DNA from: Candidatus Marinacidobacterales bacterium
GTDB taxonomy: Bacteria > Acidobacteriota > Vicinamibacteria > Marinacidobacterales > SMYC01
Reading direction: 5' to 3'
Length of the DNA: 64,000 nt
Assembly (NCBI GenBank): GCA_965237955.1
Contig: OZ250169.1
Location: 6,208,001 to 6,272,000 of the forward strand
The translations under genes and the position numbers were made by a program. Positions 10,578-21,838 of this stretch are shown here, piece after piece. The notes below the pieces were generated by a model. That model saw only the letters and a list, made by a program, of their open reading frames with translations, was not told the origin of the DNA and did not search any database. Position 1 is the stretch's first letter, and every line of letters starts with the position of its first letter.

Positions 10578-10718
10578 TCGGCCATCAGCCACCAGCCGTC
10601 AGCCATCAGCAGGTCGAGTTGTCCTCGCCTCGGGACGGAACAGTCCGAGCGCAACGCCATTGCTCCGTCTTCGGTGAAAGCAACTCAGCTCTGCTGATGG
10701 CTGATGGCCGATGGCTGG
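10578..10718. repeat. Palindromic heptamer-repeat element (GCCATCA)n...(TGATGGC)n
   Basis: Arms 10578-10612 and 10691-10718 are reverse-complementary; similar to 50629-50775. Confidence 0.8.
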
Positions 10719-10732
10719 ATCCGGTTACACGC

Positions 10733-11413
10733 TCAAGTGCGGGCGAACTCTTTGGCGAGTGCGTCTTGAATAATGACGTTCTTGCCGGCGATCTCGATGT
10801 AGCCCTGGCGGTGCAGGTCGCTGATCATACGGGAAACTGTCTCTCGCGTCGCGCCGATCATGTTCGCGATTTCCTGATGCGTCGGGCGACGAAACGTAAC
10901 GCGCCCGTCGGCCTGACGGGTGCCATCCTCGCTCGCCATCTCCAGGAGAATCCGAGCGACTCTCCCGTACACGTCGTGGAGCGCGAGGTTTCCGATCTGC
11001 TGGTTCGCCTTGCGAAGGCGCGACGACAGGACCGACAACAGGTTGATGAGAACGCGCGGCCGTTTTTCGACGATCGAGAGGAAGTCGCGCTGGTGGAGCA
11101 CGACCATTTCTGTTTCCTGGAGGGCGATAGCCGTGGCAGAGCGAGGCTCATTGTCGAGCAAGCTCATCTCGCCGAAGAAGTTGGCATCCGACAACATGGC
11201 GAGGATGATCTCCCGGCCATCGTCCGAAAGGATGGTGACTTTGACACGACCGGAGAGGATCATGAACAGAGCGTCCCCGACGTCGTTCTCGAAGAAAATC
11301 ACTCCATCTTTGGGATACTTGCGTCGATTGGCGACGGCGATGAGGCTCTCCAAATCCTCGTCTTCCAGCCCCGCGAACAACGGCACCTGGCGGAAGAGCT
11401 CGGCGGATACCAT
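10733..11413 (-). CDS. Crp/Fnr family transcriptional regulator
   Basis: cNMP domain FFGEMSLLDNEPRSATA and HTH THQEIANMIGATRETVSR. Confidence 0.95.
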   Translation of the reverse strand: MVSAELFRQVPLFAGLEDEDLESLIAVANRRKYPKDGVIFFENDVGDALFMILSGRVKVTILSDDGREIILAMLSDANFFGEMSLLDNEPRSATAIALQETEMVVLHQRDFLSIVEKRPRVLINLLSVLSSRLRKANQQIGNLALHDVYGRVARILLEMASEDGTRQADGRVTFRRPTHQEIANMIGATRETVSRMISDLHRQGYIEIAGKNVIIQDALAKEFART

Positions 11414-11510
11414 TCTTGCCCCCCTTTGGGTATGACGCTTGTGGATGTAGGGCTATTGTATGCGAGTGTGGGACCTGTTCACCAACACGACCCCCTATGA
11501 CACGAGTCGC

Positions 11511-12872
11511 TCATGGCGTCAGGTGCGCCGCGAGCGCTTCGACCGCGGATACCGCCGCTGCCCCGCTCACGAATCCTTGCGGCTCGAAATCACCGTTCTC
11601 GCTCACCATGAGGAGACCGAGCGACACCGCGAGCGCCGCCGCTTCGTAGCGCGGGTTCGACAAACCGAGGTCGGGAAAATTCTGCTCGAAACGTGACGAG
11701 TCCAGGGCTCGGCGATAGGCCTCCGGGGCCAAACGCTCGAGGGCGCGAGCCAGAGCTTCGGATAGCTCGAGACGGCGCACGAACCCCTGAGGTTGAAACG
11801 TGTGGTTCGGGTACACTTCGAGAATCCCGACACCGAGCACACGGCGGATGAAGGTGGACGCCCAGTTGGTACCGATATCAGTCGCAATGACACTCGCACC
11901 TTCGGGAACCCTGTCGAACGCGCTTCTGAGCTCCAGGTAGAAGAGCGCGGCGAGCGCGGCGCGCGTCACCCGTTCGGCGTCTCGAATCTCGAGGTAATCA
12001 GGTGGTAGGTTCTCCTCCTCGTACTCGCGCTCGATCGACTCCAATCGCTGTCGGATCTCGACGTCCGTGGGACTGAGCTCGACCGCCATCCGATACGCTT
12101 CGTAGGCACCAGCGAGCTCCCCACCCGCGTAGTGAGCTTCACCGAGGATGCGGTACGCGTTCGCGTTTTCGGATTCGAGCTCCGTCGCTCGATCCGCGTG
12201 GCGCACCGCGCGATCCGTCAAACCGGCACCGAGCTCGGCCTCCGCTGCCTCCAGATAGAGCGCGCCCACTTCAGGTGCGGCCTCGAGCGCCATCAGGTAC
12301 GCAGCGGCCGCCTCGCTGAATCGTCCTTCTCGGTTCAGGCCCCGCGCTGTCGCCACTCGAGATTCGGCGACGTTGACCCGGAGTGTGGTCTGGTAGCGGT
12401 CCACGAGCGGATGCTGCGGGTAGTTGCGCTCGAGCCGTGCCAAGCGATCGTATGCGAGCTCGTCATTCCCGGACGCGAGCGCGGCAAGGACATAGCCGCC
12501 CTGCGCGGGACCGTAGGTAGGCCGCTCCCGGAGCGCCGTCTGGAAGTAGCGCTCGGCGGCGGGCACACTCCCGAGCCGGAGCTCCAAATAGCCTCGAGCA
12601 GTCGCGATCTCCGGGTTCCGGCCGTAACGTCGGCTCAGACTCTCGAGCTCGGAAGCCGCGGCGCGGAGGTTCCCTTGCTGCACGTCCCGCCAGCCCTCTT
12701 CGAAGTCTTGCTGTTGGCCCGAAGAGAGATCTGGCGGTGGCTCGAGCGCCAGCCCCTGAACGATGTCCCACGCGGGCACGGTCGCGGCCGTATAGTCTCG
12801 CTTGGCTCCGCACCCGGCCCACCCGACGAGTGGTAGCGTCAGGAGAATCCCGAGAAAAATGCGTTCTTTCAG
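11511..12872 (-). CDS. TPR-repeat lipoprotein with C-terminal SLH-like domains
   Basis: TPR motifs; SLH-like (YPNHTFQPQGFVRR; NGDFEPQGFVS); in-frame upstream extension gives signal peptide with WAG-C lipobox from CTG 12872. Confidence 0.75.
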   Translation of the reverse strand: MKERIFLGILLTLPLVGWAGCGAKRDYTAATVPAWDIVQGLALEPPPDLSSGQQQDFEEGWRDVQQGNLRAAASELESLSRRYGRNPEIATARGYLELRLGSVPAAERYFQTALRERPTYGPAQGGYVLAALASGNDELAYDRLARLERNYPQHPLVDRYQTTLRVNVAESRVATARGLNREGRFSEAAAAYLMALEAAPEVGALYLEAAEAELGAGLTDRAVRHADRATELESENANAYRILGEAHYAGGELAGAYEAYRMAVELSPTDVEIRQRLESIEREYEEENLPPDYLEIRDAERVTRAALAALFYLELRSAFDRVPEGASVIATDIGTNWASTFIRRVLGVGILEVYPNHTFQPQGFVRRLELSEALARALERLAPEAYRRALDSSRFEQNFPDLGLSNPRYEAAALAVSLGLLMVSENGDFEPQGFVSGAAAVSAVEALAAHLTP

Positions 12873-12947
12873 CGTTCTAAATCTCGATTTCCAGTGGTTA
12901 AAATCGCCGCAAGTTGAAGTCCATTCTAACTTTGCGCCGACACCCAG

Positions 12948-13559
12948 TCAAGATCGTTTAACGTCCCGAAAAGCAATCGCTCCCTCGCGGACGAGCTCCA
13001 GTTTACCGGAGGTGACGTCCACGATCGTCGAGGCGAGGCCGCCGGAGGTAGCGCCCCCGTCCAACACGAGATCCACGGAACCGCCGAGCTGGGCGAGGAC
13101 CTCGTCCGCGGTCGTCGCGGGAGGCGCTCCGCTGACGTTGGCGCTCGTCGCCGTTACTGGACCAGCGATTGCCGCGAGCTCTCGTGCGAGCGGCAACGAG
13201 CTCACGCGGACGGCTATGGTTCCGGTCTCGGAGGCCGCCGCAACCGTTGCTCTGGCGGGTACGATGAGCGTCAGCGGACCGGGCCAGAACCGTGTCGAAA
13301 GCTCGCTCACCAGCGCGGGGATTTCGCTCGCCACTCTCTCGAGCTGCTCGATGCCCGACACGATGCAAGGGAGCGCTTTCGTCGACGGCCGGGCCTTGAT
13401 CTCGAAAACGCGTTCACACGCGACCTGGTCGAAGACCGAAACCGCGAGCCCGTAGAACGTCTCCGTCGGCAGGGCCACGACACCGTGCTCATCGAGCACA
13501 CTACGTGCTTGGGCCAGAACATCCCTTTGTGGCTGTTCAGTATCCACGGACAGGCGCAC
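12948..13559 (-). CDS. tsaC: L-threonylcarbamoyladenylate synthase (Sua5/YrdC)
   Basis: VALPTETFYGL, FWPGPLT, ATSANVSG, ASTIVD. Confidence 0.92.
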   Translation of the reverse strand: MRLSVDTEQPQRDVLAQARSVLDEHGVVALPTETFYGLAVSVFDQVACERVFEIKARPSTKALPCIVSGIEQLERVASEIPALVSELSTRFWPGPLTLIVPARATVAAASETGTIAVRVSSLPLARELAAIAGPVTATSANVSGAPPATTADEVLAQLGGSVDLVLDGGATSGGLASTIVDVTSGKLELVREGAIAFRDVKRS

Positions 13560-13700
13560 GCGACATGCTATACCCCGTTCCGATGTTTATGAACCGGTGA
13601 CAGGCCCGCAAGTCCTGTGATCGGTCGCCGTGCGGAGAGTAGAGGTCCCCATCGGAACGGGGTATACTCGATCGCAACTCCTATCGACTCCACTTTTTCT

Positions 13701-15194
13701 ATGAGCATTCGCCCAGGGCGGTTTCTGTCCATTGCGATCGTCGTCGTCTGGGGTGTTCTCCTCGGTGTCCACATCTCACGAAGTTACGCGCGTCGGGGCG
13801 CCACCGAGCTCATCGATTTCTCGGCATCGGCGTCGGCACCGGACGCCGAGCTCACCCAACGAGGTATGTTCTATCGCGGCGCCAGGATCGGTTTCATCCG
13901 CGAGCGGGTCACACCGCTCGAAGATGGCTACCGCGTCGAGCAGACGGGTGACCTCACCCTCACCGTCCTCGGGCGGGAGCGCCGGATGAGGATCGAGGGC
14001 TCGGCGGAGACCGGCACGAACGGCGAGCTGCGCGGATTTTCGTTTCGTCTGTCCACCTCGTCGCAGCAGTCGCTGTTCGAGACGACCGTTTTCGGGACGG
14101 TCGAAGGCGACGAGCTCGTGTTGAACATCAGCTCGCCGCGTTCGGAAAGGACGGAACGGCGGCCTCTCGACGAGCCCATCGTCTTGCCGTTGAACCTCTA
14201 CTACTCGCTCGCGGCACACGGGTGGACGACGGGAGAATCCTACCGGGTTCGCTTGTTCGACCCGATGACGCTCACGGAGGGAGAAGCGATCATCGATGTC
14301 AAGGAGCTCGAGATCGTGCGCTGGGGCGGACGAGAAGAAGAAGCCTACCGACTGCAAACGACGTTCGCCGGACTCACCACCACCGCGTGGGTCAACGAAA
14401 GCGGCGAAGTGCTTCGAGAAGAAACACCGCTCGGGTGGACGCTTCGCAAAGAAGCACCGGGGAGCAGCCTTCAAGCCCAAAGCGCGGGTGCGCCTCATGC
14501 TCCCGACGTGATGCTGCAATCGGCGATACCGGCTCTCGGCTTCGCCGGCGACGCGTCGAAGCTTTCATCGGCAAAGCTGAAGCTCGTCAACTTTCCCGAC
14601 GGCCCTGATAGTTTCATGGGGCTCGACGGCGGACGGCAACGCTTCACCGACGGCGTGGTCGAGATCACCGTCGAAGCCGCACCCTACAGAGGTTCGAGAC
14701 GGTTGCCGGAGGTCGAGCGTGGCGAAGCTCTCGCCGCGGACGCTTTCATTCAATCCGACGACGATCGGATCATCGCGCAGTCCGAGAAGTTGACAAAACG
14801 ATTGAACGCCGTCGAGAAGGCCAAAGTTCTCAGCGATTGGGTGTACGTCAGCTTGACGAAATCGCCAACACTGTCCCTTCCGAGCGCTACCGAAGTTCTC
14901 GAGCAGCGCGTCGGCGATTGCAACGAGCACGCGGTTCTCTACACCGCTCTCTCACGCGCGGCCGGGCTTCCCACACGCCTGAGCACGGGACTCGCGTACA
15001 CAGGCGGCCAGTTCTACTACCACGCGTGGCCGGAGGTGTGGCTGGGACGTTGGGTCGCGGTCGATCCGACGTTAGGTCAATTCCCGGCGGACCCGTTCCA
15101 CATACGTCTCCTGACGGGCGGGATCGAGACACAGTATGAAGTCCTCAGTCTGCTCGGACGGGGGGCGACGATCGAAGTCATGGAGATACGATGA
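13701..15194 (+). CDS. Membrane-anchored transglutaminase-like protein
   Basis: N-terminal TM; GDCNEHA...YHAWPEV...VDPT Cys-His-Asp triad. Confidence 0.88.
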   Translation: MSIRPGRFLSIAIVVVWGVLLGVHISRSYARRGATELIDFSASASAPDAELTQRGMFYRGARIGFIRERVTPLEDGYRVEQTGDLTLTVLGRERRMRIEGSAETGTNGELRGFSFRLSTSSQQSLFETTVFGTVEGDELVLNISSPRSERTERRPLDEPIVLPLNLYYSLAAHGWTTGESYRVRLFDPMTLTEGEAIIDVKELEIVRWGGREEEAYRLQTTFAGLTTTAWVNESGEVLREETPLGWTLRKEAPGSSLQAQSAGAPHAPDVMLQSAIPALGFAGDASKLSSAKLKLVNFPDGPDSFMGLDGGRQRFTDGVVEITVEAAPYRGSRRLPEVERGEALAADAFIQSDDDRIIAQSEKLTKRLNAVEKAKVLSDWVYVSLTKSPTLSLPSATEVLEQRVGDCNEHAVLYTALSRAAGLPTRLSTGLAYTGGQFYYHAWPEVWLGRWVAVDPTLGQFPADPFHIRLLTGGIETQYEVLSLLGRGATIEVMEIR

Positions 15195-15946
15195 TCCGAC
15201 TGTCAGGGGTGCACAAGCGCTACGGGGCGAACGAGGCGGTCAAGAACCTGTCGCTGCACGTACCCGCGGGCGAGCTGTTCGGTTTTCTCGGCCCGAACGG
15301 TGCAGGCAAGACGACCACGATCAAAATGATCGCGGGCCTGCTCCAACCGACGTCGGGAAGCATCTTTCTCGCCGGCCACGACCTGAAGCGCGAACCGGTC
15401 AAGGCCAAAGCGGCGCTCGGGTTCATTCCCGACCGCCCGTTCCTCTACGAAAAACTCTCTGCCACCGAGTTCCTACTCTTCGTCGCCGGAATCTACGGAT
15501 TCGACGGTAACGGGTTGAACGGACGTATCGATGAGCTTCTGACGCTCGTCGAGCTCAACCACGTGCGCACCGAGCTCATCGAGAGTTTCTCCCACGGTAT
15601 GAAGCAGCGGCTTGTGATGGCGGCCGCGTTCGTCCACGAGCCCAAAGTGCTCGTCGTGGACGAACCGATGGTCGGACTCGACCCAAAAGGCGCACGCCTC
15701 ATCAAGCGTGTGTTCCGGGAGTACTGCGCAAAAGGAAATACCATCTTCGTCTCCACCCATACGCTCGAAGTCGCGCAGGAGCTCTGCGATCGAATCGGCA
15801 TCATCGTGAACGGCGAGCTGGTGGAGTGCGGGACGATGGACGAGCTCAAGTCCCGTGCGCAGACCGACGAGCACGACCTCGAGCACATTTTTTTGAAGCT
15901 CACCGGCGGCGATGGCTTCAAAGAAGCGCAGGACGTCCACGATTGA
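15191..15946 (+). CDS. ABC transporter ATP-binding protein
   Basis: GPNGAGKTT, FSHGMKQR, VVDEP. Confidence 0.95.
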   Translation: MIRLSGVHKRYGANEAVKNLSLHVPAGELFGFLGPNGAGKTTTIKMIAGLLQPTSGSIFLAGHDLKREPVKAKAALGFIPDRPFLYEKLSATEFLLFVAGIYGFDGNGLNGRIDELLTLVELNHVRTELIESFSHGMKQRLVMAAAFVHEPKVLVVDEPMVGLDPKGARLIKRVFREYCAKGNTIFVSTHTLEVAQELCDRIGIIVNGELVECGTMDELKSRAQTDEHDLEHIFLKLTGGDGFKEAQDVHD

Positions 15947-17653
15947 GCTTCGAGTTCACGCCAAAGCAGATTCTGGCTCTCCTGGTGCCGTCGTGGCAGG
16001 GCATCCGGAACCAACGGCGCAACGCGGGTAAGGGCGAGTTTTTTCGCATCGCGATGTTCGGCTCGATCACGTTTGTCTTCGGTCTTTTCGTGTTCGGAGG
16101 CTTCTATCGGATGCTTCTCTACATTGGGCGGTTCTCCGAATTCACCGCGCCTCTCACCAATCAGATTCTGGATACGGTGTCAACGTTCATTCTCACCGTG
16201 CTCTTCGCCAGTACCGTGATCACAGGCACTCTCGACGCAATATCTTTCGGAAGATCTATCACTTCTCGTTAGCAGTCCGGTGCCGCTCCCGGCGCTCTAC
16301 GCATCCCGGCTGGTGATAACCGGGGTCCAGTCTTCGTGGATGGTGCTGCTGTTCAGCGTTCCGATTTACGTGGCGTTCGCGATCACCGCTCCGGCACCGT
16401 GGCAGTTCTTGCTGGCGGTGGCGCTCGCGCTCATTCCACTCGTGGTCATCGCGGTTTCCGTTGGCACCATGGTGACATCGGTGTTGATGGCGGTGTTCCC
16501 CTCGCGACGCGTGCGCGAGCTGCTCGTTCTTCTCGGCGCGCTCTTCGTGGTTCTCCTGGTGTTCCTCATTCGCGTCCAGCAACCCGAGAGGCTCTTGAAC
16601 CCGCGCTCGATCTACGACGTTACCGAGTTCTTTCGAGCGTTTAAAACCCCGTCATCCCCGATGCTGCCGAGCGCGTGGGCGACGAGCCTTCTCATCGCCG
16701 GACGACGTGCGGAGCCTCTCCTGACGATGCCTCTCGCACTCCTTCTAAGCACGGCTTCGGCGACGGTGGTGATGGGAAGCTGGCTCGCGCGTGGTGTCTA
16801 TCTTCGCGGATACACGCGGTCACAGGAGTCACGACCGGCTCGCCTCTCCTCGTTACCCGTCGTCGATCGAGTCCTCGAGAACATCGCCCGGCCGTTCGAG
16901 CCACAGTTCCGCTCGCTCCTCCTCAAAGACCTTCGCACCTTCGCACGGGATACCACCCAGTGGTCGCAGCTTCTTCTGTTGCTCGCTCTGGTCGTCGTTT
17001 ATTTCTACAACTTCAGTGTGCTTCCGTCGAACTTCACGTTCGCGACGTTTTTTCTTCAAAACCTGTTCTCGTTCCTCAATCTCGGACTCGCGGGGTTCGT
17101 CTTGTCCGCCGTCGCGGTGCGCTTCGTGTTCCCGTCGATTTCCGCCGAAGGGCGCGCGTATTGGATCGTGCGCTCATCGCCGCTCACCACGAGCCAGTTC
17201 TTGTGGAGCAAGTTCTGGACGGCGCTACCGCCGCTTATCGTCCTCTCGCAGATCTTGACGTGGGCATCGAACCACTTCCTCGGCGCCTCAACGTTCATGA
17301 CCGTCCTTTCCGCGGTGACCATCCTGTTCGTCACCTTCGGCATCGTCGGTCTCGGGGTCGGGCTGGGCGCGGCGTTCCCGAAGTTCAAGTTCGAGAACGT
17401 GACCCAGATCGCGGGAAGCTCGGGCGGCGTTCTCTATATGATGGCCGCGTCGACGTTCGTGGCAACGGTCCTTTTCTTGGAAGCGTTTCCGGCGTATTTC
17501 TACTTGAGCGCGCAGTACCGCGGGGTACCGCTCGACTCTCGCGGGGTCATGGTCATCGCCGGCGGGCTGAGCGTTATCGTCGTTTTGAACGTGCTCGCCG
17601 TTTGGCTTCCGATGCGTTGGGGCGGCCGCCGGTTGGCGGCGATGGAGATTTGA
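15943..17653 (+). CDS. Putative ABC exporter permease; frameshift near 16230-16260
   Basis: Hydrophobic multi-TM ORFs 15826..16272 and 16280..17653; FPSISAEGRAYWIVRSSP; TTG start overlaps ATPase stop. Confidence 0.8.
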
Positions 17654-17677
17654 GAGCAGCGGGCCTCAGCGGCGCTG

Positions 17678-17845
17678 TGCTATACTCAGTCTGCGTCTTG
17701 GCGCATACCGATCTGCGCAGACTCTTCGTGGTAGCCTCCCTTCCGGATCTCCCCGAAACGAGCTCAACATTTTCAGAAATTTCAGCCTAGATCGGGCCCC
17801 GTGCCGTAGTGCCGGGCAGGCCGATTTAGGAGCAAACGTATTCGT
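17678..17845 (+). promoter_or_regulatory. Extended -10 promoter and long structured 5' leader of rhlE
   Basis: TGCTATACT at 17678-17686; CCGATCT(17708)/AGATCGG(17789) and other short stems; AGGAG upstream of ATG. Confidence 0.5.
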
Positions 17846-19165
17846 ATGTCTTTCAACCAACTGGGCCTCTCTGTCGAGCTGCTACGTGCAGTCGACGCGC
17901 AAGGCTACAAACACCCGACACCCGTTCAGAGCCTCGCCATTCCTCCGATTCTGCTCGGCGGTGACCTCATGGCGCGCGCGCAAACCGGAACCGGTAAGAC
18001 GGCAGGATTCACCCTGCCGCTCCTGCAGCGGCTGAGCGAGTCGTCTCGCGGAGGGCGCCAAAAGCGTCACGTGCGCGCTCTCATCCTCACCCCGACGCGC
18101 GAGCTTGCCGCTCAAGTGCACGAGAGCGTCCGCGCGTACGGTCGCTATCTGCCTTTGTCCTCCACCGTCGTCTTTGGCGGCGTCGGCATTCGTCCGCAGA
18201 TCCAGGCGTTGAGGCGCGGTGTCGATGTGCTCGTGTCGACCCCGGGTCGACTTCTCGATCATCTCGGACAAAGGACCGCGGACCTCTCTCGCGTCGAGGT
18301 CCTCGTTCTCGATGAAGGGGACCGGATGCTCGACATGGGCTTTCTTCCCGATATCCGCAGGATTCTCGCGAAGATGCCCGCCGAGCGCCAGAACCTACTT
18401 TTCTCGGCCACGTTCCCGCGCGAGATCCGCGAGCTTGCCGATCGCCTCCTGAACGCGCCGAGCCGCATCGAGGTCGAGTCCGAGCAACCCACCGCGGACG
18501 GCGTGTCGCAGATCGTCCACCCGGTCGATCGTCAGAAAAAAAGCAAGCTTCTGAGCTTTCTCATCGGCTCCAACGACTGGAGCAAAGTGCTCGTCTTCGC
18601 GCGCACCAAGCGGGGAGCCGATCGGCTGACTCGACATCTGAAAGGCGACGGGATCCGCGCCGAGGCTATCCACAGCGACAAGACCCAAGGCGCCCGAACG
18701 CGTGCGCTGGCCGAGTTCAAGCGCGGGAAGATTCGCGTGCTCGTGGCGACGGACATCGCCGCGCGCGGACTCGACATCGACGACCTGCCTCACGTCGTGA
18801 ACTACGAGCTGCCCCACGTCGCCGAGGACTACGTGCACCGCATCGGGCGCACCGGGCGCGCGGGCCGCAAGGGTGACGCTGTCTCTCTCGTCTGCGCCGA
18901 TGAATCGAAACAGCTTCAGGGGATCGAGAGGCTGCTCGGTACCAAGATTGCGAAGACCGTGGTCGAGGGTTTTGCGCCGAGCGCGCAAGCGGCGAAGCCG
19001 GAGGGCAGTCGCACGCGACCGCGTCAGACCGCGGGGGGCCAAAAGCCCGGGTGGCGAGCACGCGGGTACCGTGGGACGAACGGACGACGGCGTGACGAGG
19101 GGCCCCGTGGCGGTCGATCGAATCGCCGACCTCGTTCTCGAGGGCGAACTCGAGTTGCGTCCTGA
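17846..19165 (+). CDS. rhlE: ATP-dependent DEAD-box RNA helicase RhlE
   Basis: [31 protein letters not shown], basic C-tail. Confidence 0.9.
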   Translation: MSFNQLGLSVELLRAVDAQGYKHPTPVQSLAIPPILLGGDLMARAQTGTGKTAGFTLPLLQRLSESSRGGRQKRHVRALILTPTRELAAQVHESVRAYGRYLPLSSTVVFGGVGIRPQIQALRRGVDVLVSTPGRLLDHLGQRTADLSRVEVLVLDEGDRMLDMGFLPDIRRILAKMPAERQNLLFSATFPREIRELADRLLNAPSRIEVESEQPTADGVSQIVHPVDRQKKSKLLSFLIGSNDWSKVLVFARTKRGADRLTRHLKGDGIRAEAIHSDKTQGARTRALAEFKRGKIRVLVATDIAARGLDIDDLPHVVNYELPHVAEDYVHRIGRTGRAGRKGDAVSLVCADESKQLQGIERLLGTKIAKTVVEGFAPSAQAAKPEGSRTRPRQTAGGQKPGWRARGYRGTNGRRRDEGPRGGRSNRRPRSRGRTRVAS

Positions 19166-19173
19166 CGAATGAC

Positions 19174-21804
19174 TTACTCGTCCCACACGACATCCATGAC
19201 CCAGATGTCGCCGAGCGTCTCCTCCCAGGTGAAATAGAGGTACTCGCCGTCGGTCGCAAGGGAGGCCTTGCTTCCCAGCTTTTCGGATAGGTCCGCGACG
19301 AGTCGTTCTCTGCGATCTTCGAAGGTGACGGCCCAAATTTCGTTTTGCCCGGGCCGCGGAAATAGACGGTCTTGCCATCCGGAGCCCAACGCGGAAAGAA
19401 ACCTTGTTGCCGCCCGGTGAGCCGCTCGGGCTCACCGCCGGTCGCCGCGACTAGCCAAATGTGACGGCGACCATCTCTGAACGAAGAGAACGCAATCCAT
19501 CGGCCGTCCGGCGACCATGCAGGCGTGGTGTCGGTGCCCGCAGAATCGGTCAGCGGTCTCTGGTCGTCACCCGTAGCGGACATGACCCAGATGTCGTGGT
19601 TCCCATCGCGGTGCGACGTATAGACAATGCGCTCACCATCGGGAGACCAAGAAGGCGTGGTGTCTCCGCCTGTGTGAGTCGTAAGCTGCCGAACCAGCCC
19701 GCCGCCACTGGGGACGACAAAAATGTCACGGTTGCCGGCCCGGTTGGAGTAGAAGGCAATATCCTCTCCGTCTGGCGACCACGCCGGCTTCCAGTCAGGC
19801 AACGGATCGTTCGTGACCGGCCGCGTCTCACCGCCTTTGGCTGGGAGCGTCCACAAATCCACGAATCCGCTCCGGTTCGAGTTTACGACGAGTCGCCGAC
19901 CATCGCGCGAGATATCCAAAAACTCGACGTAGGCCTGGTCGAAGGTAAGCTGCTCCGCGTCCGACGACGTCGCCGCACGATCCGGGAAAATCGGAACGCG
20001 CCAGACGTTCGCGAAATGGTCGGTCTTGGAGTAAGCGGTCCTCGTTCCGTCCGCCAGGAAAGACACCGACCAGATGCCGAGCCCTGTCGTGACCGGCTCG
20101 GGATCTCCTTTGGGCGTGGCGTCTTCATTCAGCTCTTGCATCCACAGATCCCTAGTTCCGCCGCGATTGGAGACGTAGAACAGAGACTTCCCGTCGCTGG
20201 ACCAATGTGGACTCCAAACTTGCGTCGTCCCATCGGTTATCGGAATCGACTCCGCAGAAAGGCTCGTAATCCAAAGACGCGTCGTTTCCGCCGTTGAGGT
20301 GATCGCGTCGATGTAGGCGAACAAACGCCCGTCCGGCGACCAGGTCAAACCCATCGGCCGATACTGTCCCTGTAGCGGCAAGCGCTCGACCTCTTGGCTG
20401 GTCAGCGTCAAGATATCGACGAACCGGCTTTGCTGATCGACGCCGGGGCAAGCGAGCTGAGAGCCATCGGAAGACCATGTCGGGCCTCCCGGGACCGTAG
20501 ACGGCAGAGCAACGACACGCCGTGGTGTCCCCCCGAGGGCCGACATCAGAAAGCAGCCGCCGCCGTCGCGCACCGACTTGAACGCAATCTGGCTTCCGTC
20601 AGGAGACCAGCTGGGCGCGAAGTCTCTCCCGGTGAAGTCTTCGGTCAAGTTGACCGCCGGCCCGCCGCTCACCTGGCTCACCCAGATGTCCGGGTTCCCG
20701 CTTTGATCCGACATGTAGGCGATTCTTCCACCTTCGGGCGACCAGGTCGGATCGATCTCGGATCCGATAGCGGACGTCACCTGGACGGGGTTCGTGAGAC
20801 GCGGAACGTTTCTGTGAGGCGGCGACCAGAAAAGTGCTCCCAAAACAGCTCCTGCGACCACCAAGACGGCCGCCCCAGCGAAAAATCGAACCCGAGACGA
20901 GCCGCCCGGTCGCGCAGACACGGCCACATCACTGGCTTGAAGCTCTCCCGTGCTGAGCGCTTCTTTGAGCTCCTCGAGCTCGTTGCGGACGTCCTTGCAC
21001 GTCTGGAAGCGCCGCTCCGGGTCTTTAGCGAGGCAACGGCGCAGAAGCTTGGCCAGATCCAGCGGTATCGAAGGCTTCAGATCCGATGCCGATTGCGGAG
21101 TGTCCTTGATGATCGCCGAGAGCGTCGACGCCGGCGTATCGCCATGGAATGGGCGCTGTCCCGTCAACATTTCATAAAAGAGGATGCCGAGCGAGAAGAT
21201 GTCGGATCGCTCATCGACGTGTTTGCCTTCCGCCTGCTCCGGCGACATGTAGCTCACCGTCCCCAGGATGCGCCCCTCCTCGGTCATGTGCTGCGTGGGA
21301 AGATCGCTGTCGTTCGCCGCGGAAGCGAACCCCGCTTTGGGCTTAAGCGAGGCCGAAGTCGAGCACTTTCACCCGGCCGTCGTCGCTCAGCATGACATTG
21401 TCCGGCTTCAAGTCCCGATGGGTGATGCCTTCTTGATGGGCGGCCGCGACGGCGTCCGCGAGCGGGATCGTGATTTCGAGGAACTTGCTGAGAGCGAAAC
21501 TGTTTTGGGGCTGAAGCTCGGAGAGCATCTTTCCGCGCACGAGCTCCATCGTCATGAAGTGAACGCCGTCCGCCTCTTCGACCGAGTACACGGTGACGAT
21601 GTTCGGGTGATTGAGCGCGGCAATCGCGCGGGCTTCGCGCTTGAAGCGCGCCCGCCGCTCTTCGCTCTCGGCCATCTCCGACGGCAAGACTTTGAGTGCG
21701 ACCTTGCGTCCGAGCTCCGTGTCCTCGGCGACATAGACGTCGCCCATCCCGCCCGAGCCGAGCTTTTCGAGGATCTTGTAATGCGACAGCGTGGTACCGA
21801 TCAC
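19174..21804 (-). CDS. Ser/Thr kinase-TM-PD40 (TolB-like) beta-propeller protein; single-base frameshifts near 21345 and 19345
   Basis: GSGGMGDVY, HRDLKPDN, DFGLA, YMSPEQ, TM helix, many PxWSPDG repeats across three joined ORFs. Confidence 0.88.
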
Positions 21805-21838
21805 AACGCGCCGTCCTTTCGGATGGAGACGCGCGATT

